Below are positions 18,449 to 27,221 of a stretch of DNA of 64,000 bases, one piece after another. How positions within the stretch are numbered: the first letter of the stretch is position 1; every line of letters starts with the position of its first letter. Below the pieces are notes generated by a model that saw only the letters and a program-made list of their open reading frames with translations, ran no database searches and was not told the DNA's origin. Both the position numbers and the translations under genes were made by a program. Source of the DNA: Bacillota bacterium (GTDB taxonomy: Bacteria > Sysuimicrobiota > Sysuimicrobiia > Sysuimicrobiales > Segetimicrobiaceae); contig JAJPIA010000101.1 of NCBI GenBank assembly GCA_021324975.1, positions 13,924 through 77,923 on the forward strand, given 5' to 3'.

Positions 18449-19195
18449 TCACATGCTGCGTCCGCCGGTCACCTCGATCACCGCGCCCGTGACGAAGCTC
18501 GCCATCTCGCTGGCGAGGAACAGCGCGACGGTCGCGACCTCCTCCGGACGCCCGTTCCGGGCGAGCGGCGTGTCCTTGGCGCGCTGGGCCATCGCTTCCT
18601 CGCCCATCGCGCGCGTCATCGGCGTGTCGATGAAGCCGGGCTGGATGGCGTTCGCCCGCACGCCGTACCGCGCGTACTCCCGCGCCGTCACCTTGGTGAG
18701 CGCGACGATCCCGGCCTTGGCCGACGCGTAGTTCGCCTGCCCGAAGTTGCCGATCTTCCCGGAAATCGAGGAGAGGTTGACGATCGCGCCCCGCCCGGCC
18801 TTGCGCATCCGCCCGCCGACGGCGCGGGTGCACAAAAAGGTGCCGCGGAGGTGCACGTTCAACACCAGGTCCCACTGCTCGTCGGTCATCTTCGCGATCG
18901 TGACGTCGCGAGTCAGCCCGGCGTTGTTCACGAGCACGTCGATCCGGCCAAACATCTCCTCGGCCGCGGCCACGCCGGCCTCCACCTGGCCGGCGTCCGA
19001 GACGTCCACCCGCGCCGCTCCCGCGCGCCGGCCGAGCGCCCGCACGGCCTCCACCGTCTCGCCTGCGCCGGCTTCGTTGACGTCGAAGACGAAGATGTCG
19101 CTGCCCTCCCGGGCGAACAGCAGCGCTACGGCCCGGCCGATCCCGGATCCCGCGCCCGTGATCAGCGAGACTCGATCGCGCAGCAACGGCTCCAC
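18449..19195 (-). CDS. SDR family oxidoreductase (FabG-like)
   Basis: TGAGSGIGRA Rossmann motif, NNAG, and the YASAKAG catalytic YxxxK. Confidence 0.9.
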   Translation of the reverse strand: MEPLLRDRVSLITGAGSGIGRAVALLFAREGSDIFVFDVNEAGAGETVEAVRALGRRAGAARVDVSDAGQVEAGVAAAEEMFGRIDVLVNNAGLTRDVTIAKMTDEQWDLVLNVHLRGTFLCTRAVGGRMRKAGRGAIVNLSSISGKIGNFGQANYASAKAGIVALTKVTAREYARYGVRANAIQPGFIDTPMTRAMGEEAMAQRAKDTPLARNGRPEEVATVALFLASEMASFVTGAVIEVTGGRSM

Positions 19196-19196
19196 G

Positions 19197-19649
19197 TCAT
19201 CCTCCCTTCGGCGAGCGCACCTTGATCAGGAGGGGCACGTTGCCCTCCTGCACCACGTCGCCGCGCTGATTGACGAGCTCGATGCGGCGCTCGATGAGCC
19301 CCCGGTCGCCCGCGGACGTCAGGCGCTTCCCCGTGATCTGCATCCGGACGTGGACGGTGTCGCCGATAAGCACCGGCCGCTTGAAGGACCACGTCAGCCC
19401 GGGAACCGCGATCGTCGTCTCGCCGAACAGGCCGAGGCGCACGACCAGCCCCATGCCGATCGCGATCCCGAGATTCCCGTGGGCGATTCGCTGCCCGAAC
19501 GGCATCGTCTTCGCAAACTCAGCGTCGGTGTGGATGGGATTCCAGTCGCTGGACAGCGACGCGAACGTGACGACGTCGGCTTCGGTGATCGTGCGGCCGG
19601 CGGTCTCAAAGACCTGTCCGACCTCGACGTCTTCGTAGTAGAGGCTCAC
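19197..19649 (-). CDS. MaoC-like (R)-specific enoyl-CoA hydratase / hot-dog dehydratase
   Basis: SSDWNPIHTD...AHGNL hot-dog hydratase motif; its stop is 1 nt before the SDR start. Confidence 0.85.
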   Translation of the reverse strand: MSLYYEDVEVGQVFETAGRTITEADVVTFASLSSDWNPIHTDAEFAKTMPFGQRIAHGNLGIAIGMGLVVRLGLFGETTIAVPGLTWSFKRPVLIGDTVHVRMQITGKRLTSAGDRGLIERRIELVNQRGDVVQEGNVPLLIKVRSPKGG

Positions 19650-20000
19650 CGGCGTCCCTCCGCTGATGCCCGCGCGATGTCCGCAACGCGGGCCGGCGTG
19701 CGACGATGCCCATGCAACGAGTCACCCGGCCCCGGCGATCCCGGCGATGCGGGGCCTTGTGCACGCGGTTGAATTAGGGTACGCTTCTCCCTTGGTAACG
19801 GGCCGGTCCTCCGCTGCGCGAGCGCCATTGCAGGCCGGCGGGATCAACGGCCGGCCACGGGCATAGTCCGTCCGCGCAGGACGCCACGGCGGGCACCGAA
19901 CGGAGAAATAGGCCTGCCCGCACGGGCGGCCGTGGGCCGAGCCACGCTCGAACGAGCGCCCCTACGCCGCGGCGCCGTAGACGCACGACGGAGGGGCGGC

Positions 20001-20996
20001 ATGGAGACCGGATCCACGATTGTCGGCCTGGGGCGGTACGCCCCGGAACGGACGCTCGCCAATCACGACCTGGCTCGTATGGTCGATACCACGGACGGGT
20101 GGATCCGGAGGCATACCGGGATCGAGGAGCGCCGGATCGCCGCCGCCCATGAAGCAAGCTCGGATCTCGCCTATGGCGCGGCCAGGGAGGCGCTCGAGGC
20201 GGCCGGCACCGGCCCGAGCGACGTGGACCTCATCATCGTCGGCACGGCCACGCCCGACATGCCGTTCCCCAACGTGTCGTGCCTGCTACAAGACCGCCTC
20301 GGCGCGCGCAGTATCGGCTGCCTGGACGTATCGTGCGCGTGCTCGAGCTTCGTGTACGGGTTGAGCGTCGCGCACGGCGCAATCGTTTCCGGCCAGGCCG
20401 ACACGGTGCTCGTCGTCGGCACAGACACGCTCTCCCGCATCACCAATTGGCGAGACCGGTCGACGTGCGTCCTGTTTGGGGACGCCGCAGGGGCGGCGGT
20501 GCTCCGACCCGCGAAGCCGGGGAGTGGATTCTTGTCGTTCGCGCTCGGAGGATCTGGCCAGGGACGGCATCACCTCCATCTCAAGGCGGGAGGCAGCCGG
20601 CACCCGGCCTCGCATGAGACGGTCGCGCGCGGCGAGCACTTCCTATGGATGAACGGGCCGGAGGTCTACAAGTTCGCGGTCCAAACGATGCCAAGGGCGG
20701 CCGCGGACGCGCTGCGGCGCGCCCGGCTCGCCCCCGACGACGTCGACTTCGTCATTCCGCATCAGGCGAACCTGCGGATCATTCACTCCGTCTCCGCCCG
20801 GCTGGGTGTGCCCATGGAGAAGTTTTTCGTGAACGTGCAGCGGTACGGCAACACGTCCGCGGCGTCGATCCCGGTGGCGCTCTACGAGGCGGTCGGCGCG
20901 GGGCGCGTGAGCCCGGGCGATGTCGGCGTTATGGTGGCCTTTGGCGCCGGCTACACGTGGGGCGCGTGCACGATCCGCTGGGGCGGCGCCGCCTAA
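20001..20996 (+). CDS. fabH: 3-oxoacyl-ACP synthase III
   Basis: METGSTIVGLGRYAPERTLANHDL..., the active-site Cys context CSSFVYGL, and HQANLRI/GNTSAASIP motifs. The ATG is at 20001; the track start at 19932 is upstream junk. Confidence 0.9.
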   Translation: METGSTIVGLGRYAPERTLANHDLARMVDTTDGWIRRHTGIEERRIAAAHEASSDLAYGAAREALEAAGTGPSDVDLIIVGTATPDMPFPNVSCLLQDRLGARSIGCLDVSCACSSFVYGLSVAHGAIVSGQADTVLVVGTDTLSRITNWRDRSTCVLFGDAAGAAVLRPAKPGSGFLSFALGGSGQGRHHLHLKAGGSRHPASHETVARGEHFLWMNGPEVYKFAVQTMPRAAADALRRARLAPDDVDFVIPHQANLRIIHSVSARLGVPMEKFFVNVQRYGNTSAASIPVALYEAVGAGRVSPGDVGVMVAFGAGYTWGACTIRWGGAA

Positions 20997-21200
20997 GCCG
21001 CAGCCGCGCGAACGGCTACTTCGGTCGGGATGTCGATCCGGGGTCCTTCGTGCGACGCGGTTTCCGACCATGCGGAGGCGCGCGAAGCGTGCAGGAGCGG
21101 CCTGCGGCCACCGGGAAAGCGACGAACGCAGGATCCTTCCGACGTCGAAGCAGCCCGGAGCGCAAACGTGACGACCCGCCGCTGTCAACGACACCTGCCG

Positions 21201-21671
21201 ATGTTCAGGGCATCCGCCATGGCGATGGGCGCCGCCATCGCGCTGCTCGTCGCCTCGCCCGCAGGTGCTGCCCCGTCGGGCCCGGCGAAGTGCACACTGA
21301 CGCCGTCCGACGCCGGCGATCCGGCGTACCGGCCAAACGCCCCGGTTCGTTCGTCCGTGGGCACGGGGTTCGTGTTGTCGGGGGTGGTGCGGTCCGGCAT
21401 CGACTGTAAGCCGATCCCCCGCGCGCGCGTCGAACTCTGGCTGCGGGGCCCCGATGGCCAGTACGATGACGCGCATCGGGCGACCGTGATCACGGACGCC
21501 GCCGGCAGATATCGCCTCCAGAGCAATTTCCCCGGAGGCGGCGATTACTTCCAACCGCACATTCACATCCGCGTCGCCGTCTCCGGCTTCCGCCCGCTCG
21601 TGACGGTCTTTCTACCGCACCCCGGCACCCGGGAAGGGACGATGGATCTCGTGCTCGAGCCGGAGATGTAG
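21201..21671 (+). CDS. small secreted intradiol-dioxygenase-like / carboxypeptidase-regulatory-like domain protein
   Basis: Signal peptide MFRASAMAMGAAIALLVASPAGAAP, then GTGFVLSGVVRSGIDCKPIPRARVELWLRGPDGQY...TDAAGRYRLQ. This is the beta-sandwich core seen in intradiol dioxygenase-like proteins, but the product is only about 156 aa. Confidence 0.55.
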   Translation: MFRASAMAMGAAIALLVASPAGAAPSGPAKCTLTPSDAGDPAYRPNAPVRSSVGTGFVLSGVVRSGIDCKPIPRARVELWLRGPDGQYDDAHRATVITDAAGRYRLQSNFPGGGDYFQPHIHIRVAVSGFRPLVTVFLPHPGTREGTMDLVLEPEM

Positions 21672-21824
21672 TGGCGAATCCTTACGACGCCGGCCGGCGC
21701 ACGCGGGCACTACATGTTCAATACAGCAGCGCAGCCGGCAGGGGCGAACTCTACCGGCTGCGCTTATTCGCTTGGTCGCGCGGTTCGTTGCGGATTGTCG
21801 TCAACATCCAGCCGTGCGATCTGC

Positions 21825-22013
21825 TTACTGTCCGCTGCCGTCGCCCTGCGCATTACCCCGGAAATAGTCCGGCGTCGAGCCTGCGCCACCGGCGGTTGCA
21901 CCGATGCTGACGACGCTATTGTCGGCCAACGCCGCGCCGGGCACCAGAGCCACAACCCCCACCAACACTAACCCAGCCAGTGCACCGGCGACGACCTTCC
22001 ACAACCGCTCCAT
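21825..22013 (-). CDS. small secreted/membrane-anchored Gly-rich peptide (62 aa), hypothetical
   Basis: MERLWKVVAGALAGLVLVGVVALVPGAALADNSVVSIGATAGGAGSTPDYFRGNAQGDGSGQ. A strong GGAGGTG RBS lies 7 nt upstream of the ATG at 22013. It is directly downstream of the DCC gene on the same strand. Confidence 0.45.
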   Translation of the reverse strand: MERLWKVVAGALAGLVLVGVVALVPGAALADNSVVSIGATAGGAGSTPDYFRGNAQGDGSGQ

Positions 22014-22236
22014 CGTGATCACCTCCCCTGAATTTTTGGTGCACGTACATCGTACTCGGCCACGGCCACCCCCACCTTGATCCTCGTCACACTCCCGCGT
22101 GATCTTGCTCACACAGATGACCAACGGGCGTCGAACCCGACGCAGGGGATCCTGCGCGGGCTCTTCGTCGCGATATTGTTCGTGACCGTCGCGACCGAGG
22201 ATATGCGCAGACTCGCGCCGCGGCCTGCGGAAGGGA

Positions 22237-22626
22237 TTACGTCAGAAAGCGGTGCTCTAGCTCCGGGGCAGGCACGCGACACGTCGCCGACTTCCCGAAC
22301 CATGCATAGCGATGACGTGCCACCCATCGATATACGGCATCTCGAATAGGCCGCGGAATGATGCGAAGGAACCCAATGAGCCGCCACGGCGGCGGGAGGC
22401 GCGCGCACACCTCAAGGATGGCCGCCGAATCAGTATAGACGCGACGACCCGCGACGACGACAATGCCCGCGAGGACGGGCGCGGGCAGGTGCAACTCCTC
22501 GAGTATCGCGCGCCCCCGCGCAGACTGCTGCGCGCCAAAGACAAACACCCCGAACCGATCGTGATCGATGACGAAGTTCACCCACGCATTGCAGAGGTTG
22601 CACACGCCGTCGAACAACACCACCAT
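22237..22626 (-). CDS. DCC-family thiol-disulfide oxidoreductase (DUF393)
   Basis: MVVLFDGVCNLCNAWVNFVIDHDRFGVFVF...QS..G..IL is the DUF393/DCC1 CxxC N-terminus. The start is ambiguous (ATGs at 22626, 22695 or 22731); I chose 22626, which has a GAGGG RBS. Confidence 0.8.
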   Translation of the reverse strand: MVVLFDGVCNLCNAWVNFVIDHDRFGVFVFGAQQSARGRAILEELHLPAPVLAGIVVVAGRRVYTDSAAILEVCARLPPPWRLIGFLRIIPRPIRDAVYRWVARHRYAWFGKSATCRVPAPELEHRFLT

Positions 22627-22696
22627 CGCACCCTCAGGAGGCGCTTGGATGCGGCCGGCTCGTCCGACCGAGCCCGGCGACTTCGCGTGACTCATG

Positions 22697-23509
22697 TTAA
22701 TGGACAAGCACCCCGCCGAATTTCTGCGCAAAATAATATACCGCTGGATACGTGGCCGTAAACGACCAGAAGAAGATGTTCAGCCCCATGCATAATCCAA
22801 TCGTGAAGTGAAACGCCGCCCCGGCTGCGAAAAACCCCAGCGCGACGCGCGGGTCGATCCAACAGACGACCGGGCCACAGCATTCATAACACAAGACACC
22901 CCAGCAGGCAGCGCGGGCCGCCCAACGGTGCCGCGAGAAAAATCTCGCCAGTGATGGCGCGCCATATGCGTGCGTATTCAAGATGCCGGCGATGGCCTTG
23001 CCGCTGCGCCACACCGGGGAGATCGCCTTCGCGACGCCCGAGGTGAGATAGGCGACGACGAGCTGGCCGGCCACGAACCCGAACACGATCGTCAGCATGC
23101 GGCTGGTCGGGTGCAGATAGTACACGAAGAGAGCGGCCAGCACAAGCAGCATCATCTGATCCGAGCCGTCCGTGCCGTACTGGTTTCGGAACAAGAACAA
23201 CATGTGCACGATCAGCATGATGCCGACAGCCACCACCATCCACGCGGAGGCAAGCCCGGAGAGCACCAGGAGCGCCGCCAACAGTTGCAGGCAGACCAGC
23301 ACAAGGATTCCCGGGCAGGACAGCAACACGTTCAGCAACGCGGCCCCGACGCCGCGTGCCGTCCACCGAGCATTGGTCGAGAGAACGCGCCAATCGTACA
23401 ATCCGGCCGGCGAGAACAAACGGCGGGCCACGAGGGTTTCCGCCGCCTGGATCGCGACGCCGATGGAGATGAGAACCTGCGTGGTGCGGAGCAGCGCCGC
23501 CGAGTCCAT
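22697..23509 (-). CDS. HTTM domain membrane protein (vitamin K-dependent gamma-carboxylase-like)
   Basis: Several TM segments and the conserved HTTM block FRNQYGTDGSDQMMLLVLAALF. ATG at 23509 (MDSAALL...); the track start at 23632 overlaps the upstream gene. Confidence 0.8.
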   Translation of the reverse strand: MDSAALLRTTQVLISIGVAIQAAETLVARRLFSPAGLYDWRVLSTNARWTARGVGAALLNVLLSCPGILVLVCLQLLAALLVLSGLASAWMVVAVGIMLIVHMLFLFRNQYGTDGSDQMMLLVLAALFVYYLHPTSRMLTIVFGFVAGQLVVAYLTSGVAKAISPVWRSGKAIAGILNTHAYGAPSLARFFSRHRWAARAACWGVLCYECCGPVVCWIDPRVALGFFAAGAAFHFTIGLCMGLNIFFWSFTATYPAVYYFAQKFGGVLVH

Positions 23510-23514
23510 TGTGT

Positions 23515-24039
23515 TCAGATGCGGTGGAAGCGGGACAGGAATACTACGTCGCACGCCCGCGCGGACCCGCGTCCGTAGGAACGGGCCACGGCAAACTGCG
23601 TGTACACGGCGGATGACGCATGCGGCTGGCACGTGACGAAATTCAGCAGGGCGAGGAATCCGGTGTCGATCAACATGAAGTCCGGATCCTCACGGTGGTA
23701 CGGAGCGGAGTGCCGTAGCTCGTTGCCGAGATCCGAAAGCCCTTTTTGGAAGCGCTTACGCGGGTTCCACAGCGATCGGAGCGGTCCCGGGTGAAACGGC
23801 ACCTCTCGCCAGCGCATGACGTCTCCACACGCCAGTTTGTCGCGGTACAGAAGATGGGTATCGGTCGTCGCGGGGTTCGGGGCAAAGAACGTCCACGCCG
23901 GTATCATCGCGAAGTCGTCGTACCGCTTGAGAGCCAGGACCCAGCCCTTCAAGCGGAACTGGTAGGCTATCGTTACGAGGAGCCAGACCGCGAACAAAAC
24001 GGCGGCAACTGCTTCGGTCCCGTCCGGGCGACCAAGCAC
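23515..24039 (-). CDS. hypothetical membrane-associated protein, upstream partner of the HTTM/DCC pair
   Basis: 174 aa with an N-terminal TM helix (AVAAVLFAVWLLVTIAYQF), no motif I recognise, and a stop 6 nt before the HTTM start. Codon usage is coherent with its lower-GC neighbours. Confidence 0.5.
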   Translation of the reverse strand: MLGRPDGTEAVAAVLFAVWLLVTIAYQFRLKGWVLALKRYDDFAMIPAWTFFAPNPATTDTHLLYRDKLACGDVMRWREVPFHPGPLRSLWNPRKRFQKGLSDLGNELRHSAPYHREDPDFMLIDTGFLALLNFVTCQPHASSAVYTQFAVARSYGRGSARACDVVFLSRFHRI

Positions 24040-24048
24040 GATCGCCCC

Positions 24049-24468
24049 TCACGACGACTGCGAGACCGAAGCCGCGCGGGCTTCGAGAAGCTCCTGCACC
24101 GACGCGTTCGGGTCAACGGGTTGAGTCCGGGGCCGCAGGCCGCGCTCGCCCGGAGTACAGGCCCGGACTTCGTTTCGACCTTGCGCGTACCGCGCAGCGT
24201 GTGCTTCGGCAATTTTGGCGTGTGCTTCGGCGCGGGCGGCGTGCTCGTGCGCCCGCTGGGCCATTCGTCTCGCTGCCACAGCGAGTTGCCGAGCTTCTTC
24301 GGCTTCTTCGGCCTCTTCGGCTTCCTGGGCGGCCTGACGGCGGTCTTGAGCGAGGACGTCCCCGACGGTCAGATACTCTTTCTCGGGCGGGAGCACCCCG
24401 GCAATGTCTCGCTCGGCGTTGGTCTCTCCCGTTGCACCGGGTGCGTTTGTTCCAGAAGGACTCGCCAT
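24049..24468 (-). CDS. hypothetical coiled-coil / low-complexity protein
   Basis: The ATG at 24468 (MASPSGTNAPG...) gives about 140 aa rich in Ala/Glu/Gln with an (EEA)n repeat. It may be spurious. Confidence 0.3.
   Translation of the reverse strand: MASPSGTNAPGATGETNAERDIAGVLPPEKEYLTVGDVLAQDRRQAAQEAEEAEEAEEARQLAVAARRMAQRAHEHAARAEAHAKIAEAHAARYAQGRNEVRACTPGERGLRPRTQPVDPNASVQELLEARAASVSQSS
24294..24325. repeat. short tandem hexanucleotide repeat (cttcggc-type), encoding EEAEEAEEAEEA on the minus strand
   Basis: Seen directly: cttcttcggcttcttcggcctcttcggcttcc. Confidence 0.6.
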
Positions 24469-24808
24469 GGCCGACCACCCCCAAGATTCTTGGATTCCGC
24501 TTGAACGCGCCGAGTAAGTACAGGGCCAGGAGAGTGCCGGAGGATAGGACGAAGAATCTATGGAATCACTGCGACGCATACGCCGGAATTCCGCGCTATC
24601 TGCGGCCGCAATCACGTAAATTGGGCCGTTAGTTCGACGTGAACATGGAATTCCTTCTGCGCCAACTCTCGACCATTTGCATCCGCTCTCGAGTGAGCGC
24701 GCGCACATTCCGGGCTCACACGTAGGTAACCACACCACTCATCCTCCAGAAATCGGATCAGCCTCATGCTAGGGCGCACGAACGGCTCGCGAACAGGCGC
24801 GTTGGGGG

Positions 24809-27221
24809 GTGAAGAGAATGGCGGCCGCGTGGTCGAGCAAATCCACGACTCCTGCTTGCCTGCAGACCGGTTTCGGCCGTTTCGGTGAAGCCCTTCCGTT
24901 GGACGGCCAGATCAGCTGCGGAGCCACGGCTATCACCATGTCGGTGCTGTGGCTCATCAAGAATCGCTTCACACAGCTTCGACCATCACCCCGGTCGGCC
25001 CACGTAGCCGAGGACCTGGTCCGTGTGTTCGACGGTCTCGCGTATGCGAACGTGGGAGGGCAGATTATCGCCGAAGACTGGTATCGATACGCCGTCGAGA
25101 CGTACCTTGCGTTGAAAGGAATAGGACGAGGCCGATTGGAGATCTGTCGCCGGGTCCCCGCACTCGAGTGGTTCGCGAAGATGAATCAAAATCAGACAGT
25201 CGTCAATTTCGCGGTCGGGTGGTATGGCTCTCCCAAGGATTCGGACACCTTCCAACGCCATGGTCAACACTGGCTCACGCTGCTCGACCAGGATCCCGAT
25301 AGCGGTGTCCTCACGGTCAACAACCCGATGCCGCGGACATTTCCCGGCACGGCCGCCCAAAACCCCCAACACCTCAGAGCGACGCCATTCGAGGGTAGGA
25401 CCAACCCGGCGCTTCCCCGCGAGGACTTCCTTCAAATTGCGACGGTTCGCGCGCACTCGCACGGCCGGCGAGCCGGCATTCTTGAGACGGGGTATGCGTG
25501 GACGATCCACGAGAGCGCGTTACCGTCAGCGGCCGGTTACACTCCTGACGCCTGCGAACTCGAAACGCTGCGCTACATCAACGGCGAGTTCGCCGACTTG
25601 GAGGTGATCGCCCCGCTGGAAGGACGCGGCGGCATCCTCAAATGGGGGCGAGGGAAGCTCATCCTGGCGAATACGAACACGACGACCGGAACCAATGAAA
25701 TTTACGAAGGACCGCTCGTAAGCATACACGCGTCCGAGACGCCCTTCGGCACCGGCACGATCAAGCTGTTCGGCGGCGGAGGCTTGGTGCTCAGCCCCAG
25801 GAACGGAGCCGGGGCGGGCGTGACGTCGCGTGTGGCCGGAGCGCCGCAGGGTGGCGTGGCATTTGGGGGCGGCAACAGCGTAGAGTTCGACCGCAATGGG
25901 CATGCGTCGCTCACGGTCACGTTGGGTGGATGGACGGACGGCAACACGGCGAATCTCACGCGATCGCACAGGGGGACGCTACGCGTCATCCCGGGCTCTG
26001 GGGTAGAGTCGCTTGGTCACGACGAGCGGTTGCTCGTCGCCGGCGAAGGTCGCAATCTGCCGCCCGTCACAAACGGCATGGTGGCGCCGTATGTCGTCGC
26101 GCAGGATCGGGATGGCTCGGGTGCGTTCCTACGCTACACCAAGAGGGATGGGTTCGTCTCTGCGACGATGTCGTCGTCTTCGACGATGCCGATCGACGAC
26201 TCAACCGACGACACCATCTACCATGTAGAAAGCGACCAGACCATCGCCGCCGGCAGAGAAGCGAAGGCGTACGCGATGTGCCTTGATCCTCACCGCGTTG
26301 TCCGTGTGGCGGGCGATGCCGCGCTCCGGATCGGCAACGACAGGCGGTCTCCCGTGGCCGGGGTCATTCTCAACGGCGGGACGATTGCCGGCGGGACCTT
26401 GTCATTTGAGGATCGCGAGGGCCTGATTTATAGCGGTCAGCGTGGTCCGGCCGCTGCGAGGATCACGAGCGACATCTCGGGCTGCCGGGGGATCACGTTC
26501 TTCGGGCCCGGCGAGATCAGGCTGGACGGGGCGAACTGGTATCGCGGCGGCACCGAGATCCATTCAGGCTGGGTCGTCGTGGAGAACACAACCGGCACGG
26601 GGCTGGGGAGTGACGACGTCCTGGTCCGGACCGGCGGAACCCTGGTCATTCACGCCGGGGCCCGTGTCGCGGGCAAGGTGAGCCTTGAACGGGGCTCACA
26701 CCTCATCCTCAAAGGCGGCGCAATCGGGGGGTCTCGACATTAAGTATTCTGGCCACTCGGACAAGGGCGGCATCCTGAAGGGCTTCGGCAATGTTGTCGG
26801 GGCCTCGGAAGTGTCGGGAACGATCCGCGCCGGACGGACGATCGGGACCCTCACGTTCGAAGACCGGGTCTTGTTCGCCACGACCTCATTTTACTGGACA
26901 CTGGTCAGGCTCGACGACGCCGACGCGCACGCGGGTGTGTACTGGAATGCCCTCAGGTTTCGTGGCCCGGCGAAGCTCGGCGCCGAGGGAGACGGCTTTT
27001 TCGTGCTGCTGCATTTTCAGGACGTTCCCGATCCCGACAGCAGCCATCCGTTCTGGCGCCGAGAGCACCGGTGGCTGCTGGCTCAATTCGACGCCAGCCC
27101 GTACGAGTGGTTGGTGAATTCTCCCCGCGGGAATTTCGTGTTCGCGCACGGAACGTTTCGCGTCGAACCTGAGGGTGACCACCGAGCCTATCTCGTGTAC
27201 AAGCCGGCGCCTGCACACTAG
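24809..27221 (+). pseudogene. large protein with N-terminal C39-like papain-fold cysteine-peptidase domain and C-terminal autotransporter-associated beta-strand (PATR-like) repeats; reading frame broken at a G6 tract
   Basis: The N-terminus has QISCGATAITMSVLWL (Cys) and HGQHWLTLLD (His), as in C39-like peptidases. The C-terminal half carries Gly/Thr-rich beta-repeats (GTIKLFGGGGLVL, GGTLSFEDREGLIYSG, TGGTLVIHAGARVAGKVSL). The ORF ends at 26743, but a -1 change in GGGGGG (26726-26731) joins it in-frame to ORF 26685..27221 (...GGAIGG|LDIKYSGHSDKGGILKG...). Confidence 0.6.

Noticed and set aside
19650-20000. 350-nt intergenic region upstream of fabH checked for tRNA, riboswitch or CRISPR-like structure
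   Set aside because: No cloverleaf-compatible segments, no repeats and no recognisable riboswitch consensus by eye. It is probably just a divergent promoter region.
24294-24325. Hexanucleotide tandem repeat considered as a possible CRISPR or VNTR element
   Set aside because: Only about 4.5 short units inside a putative coding region, with no spacer structure. It is kept only as a simple repeat.
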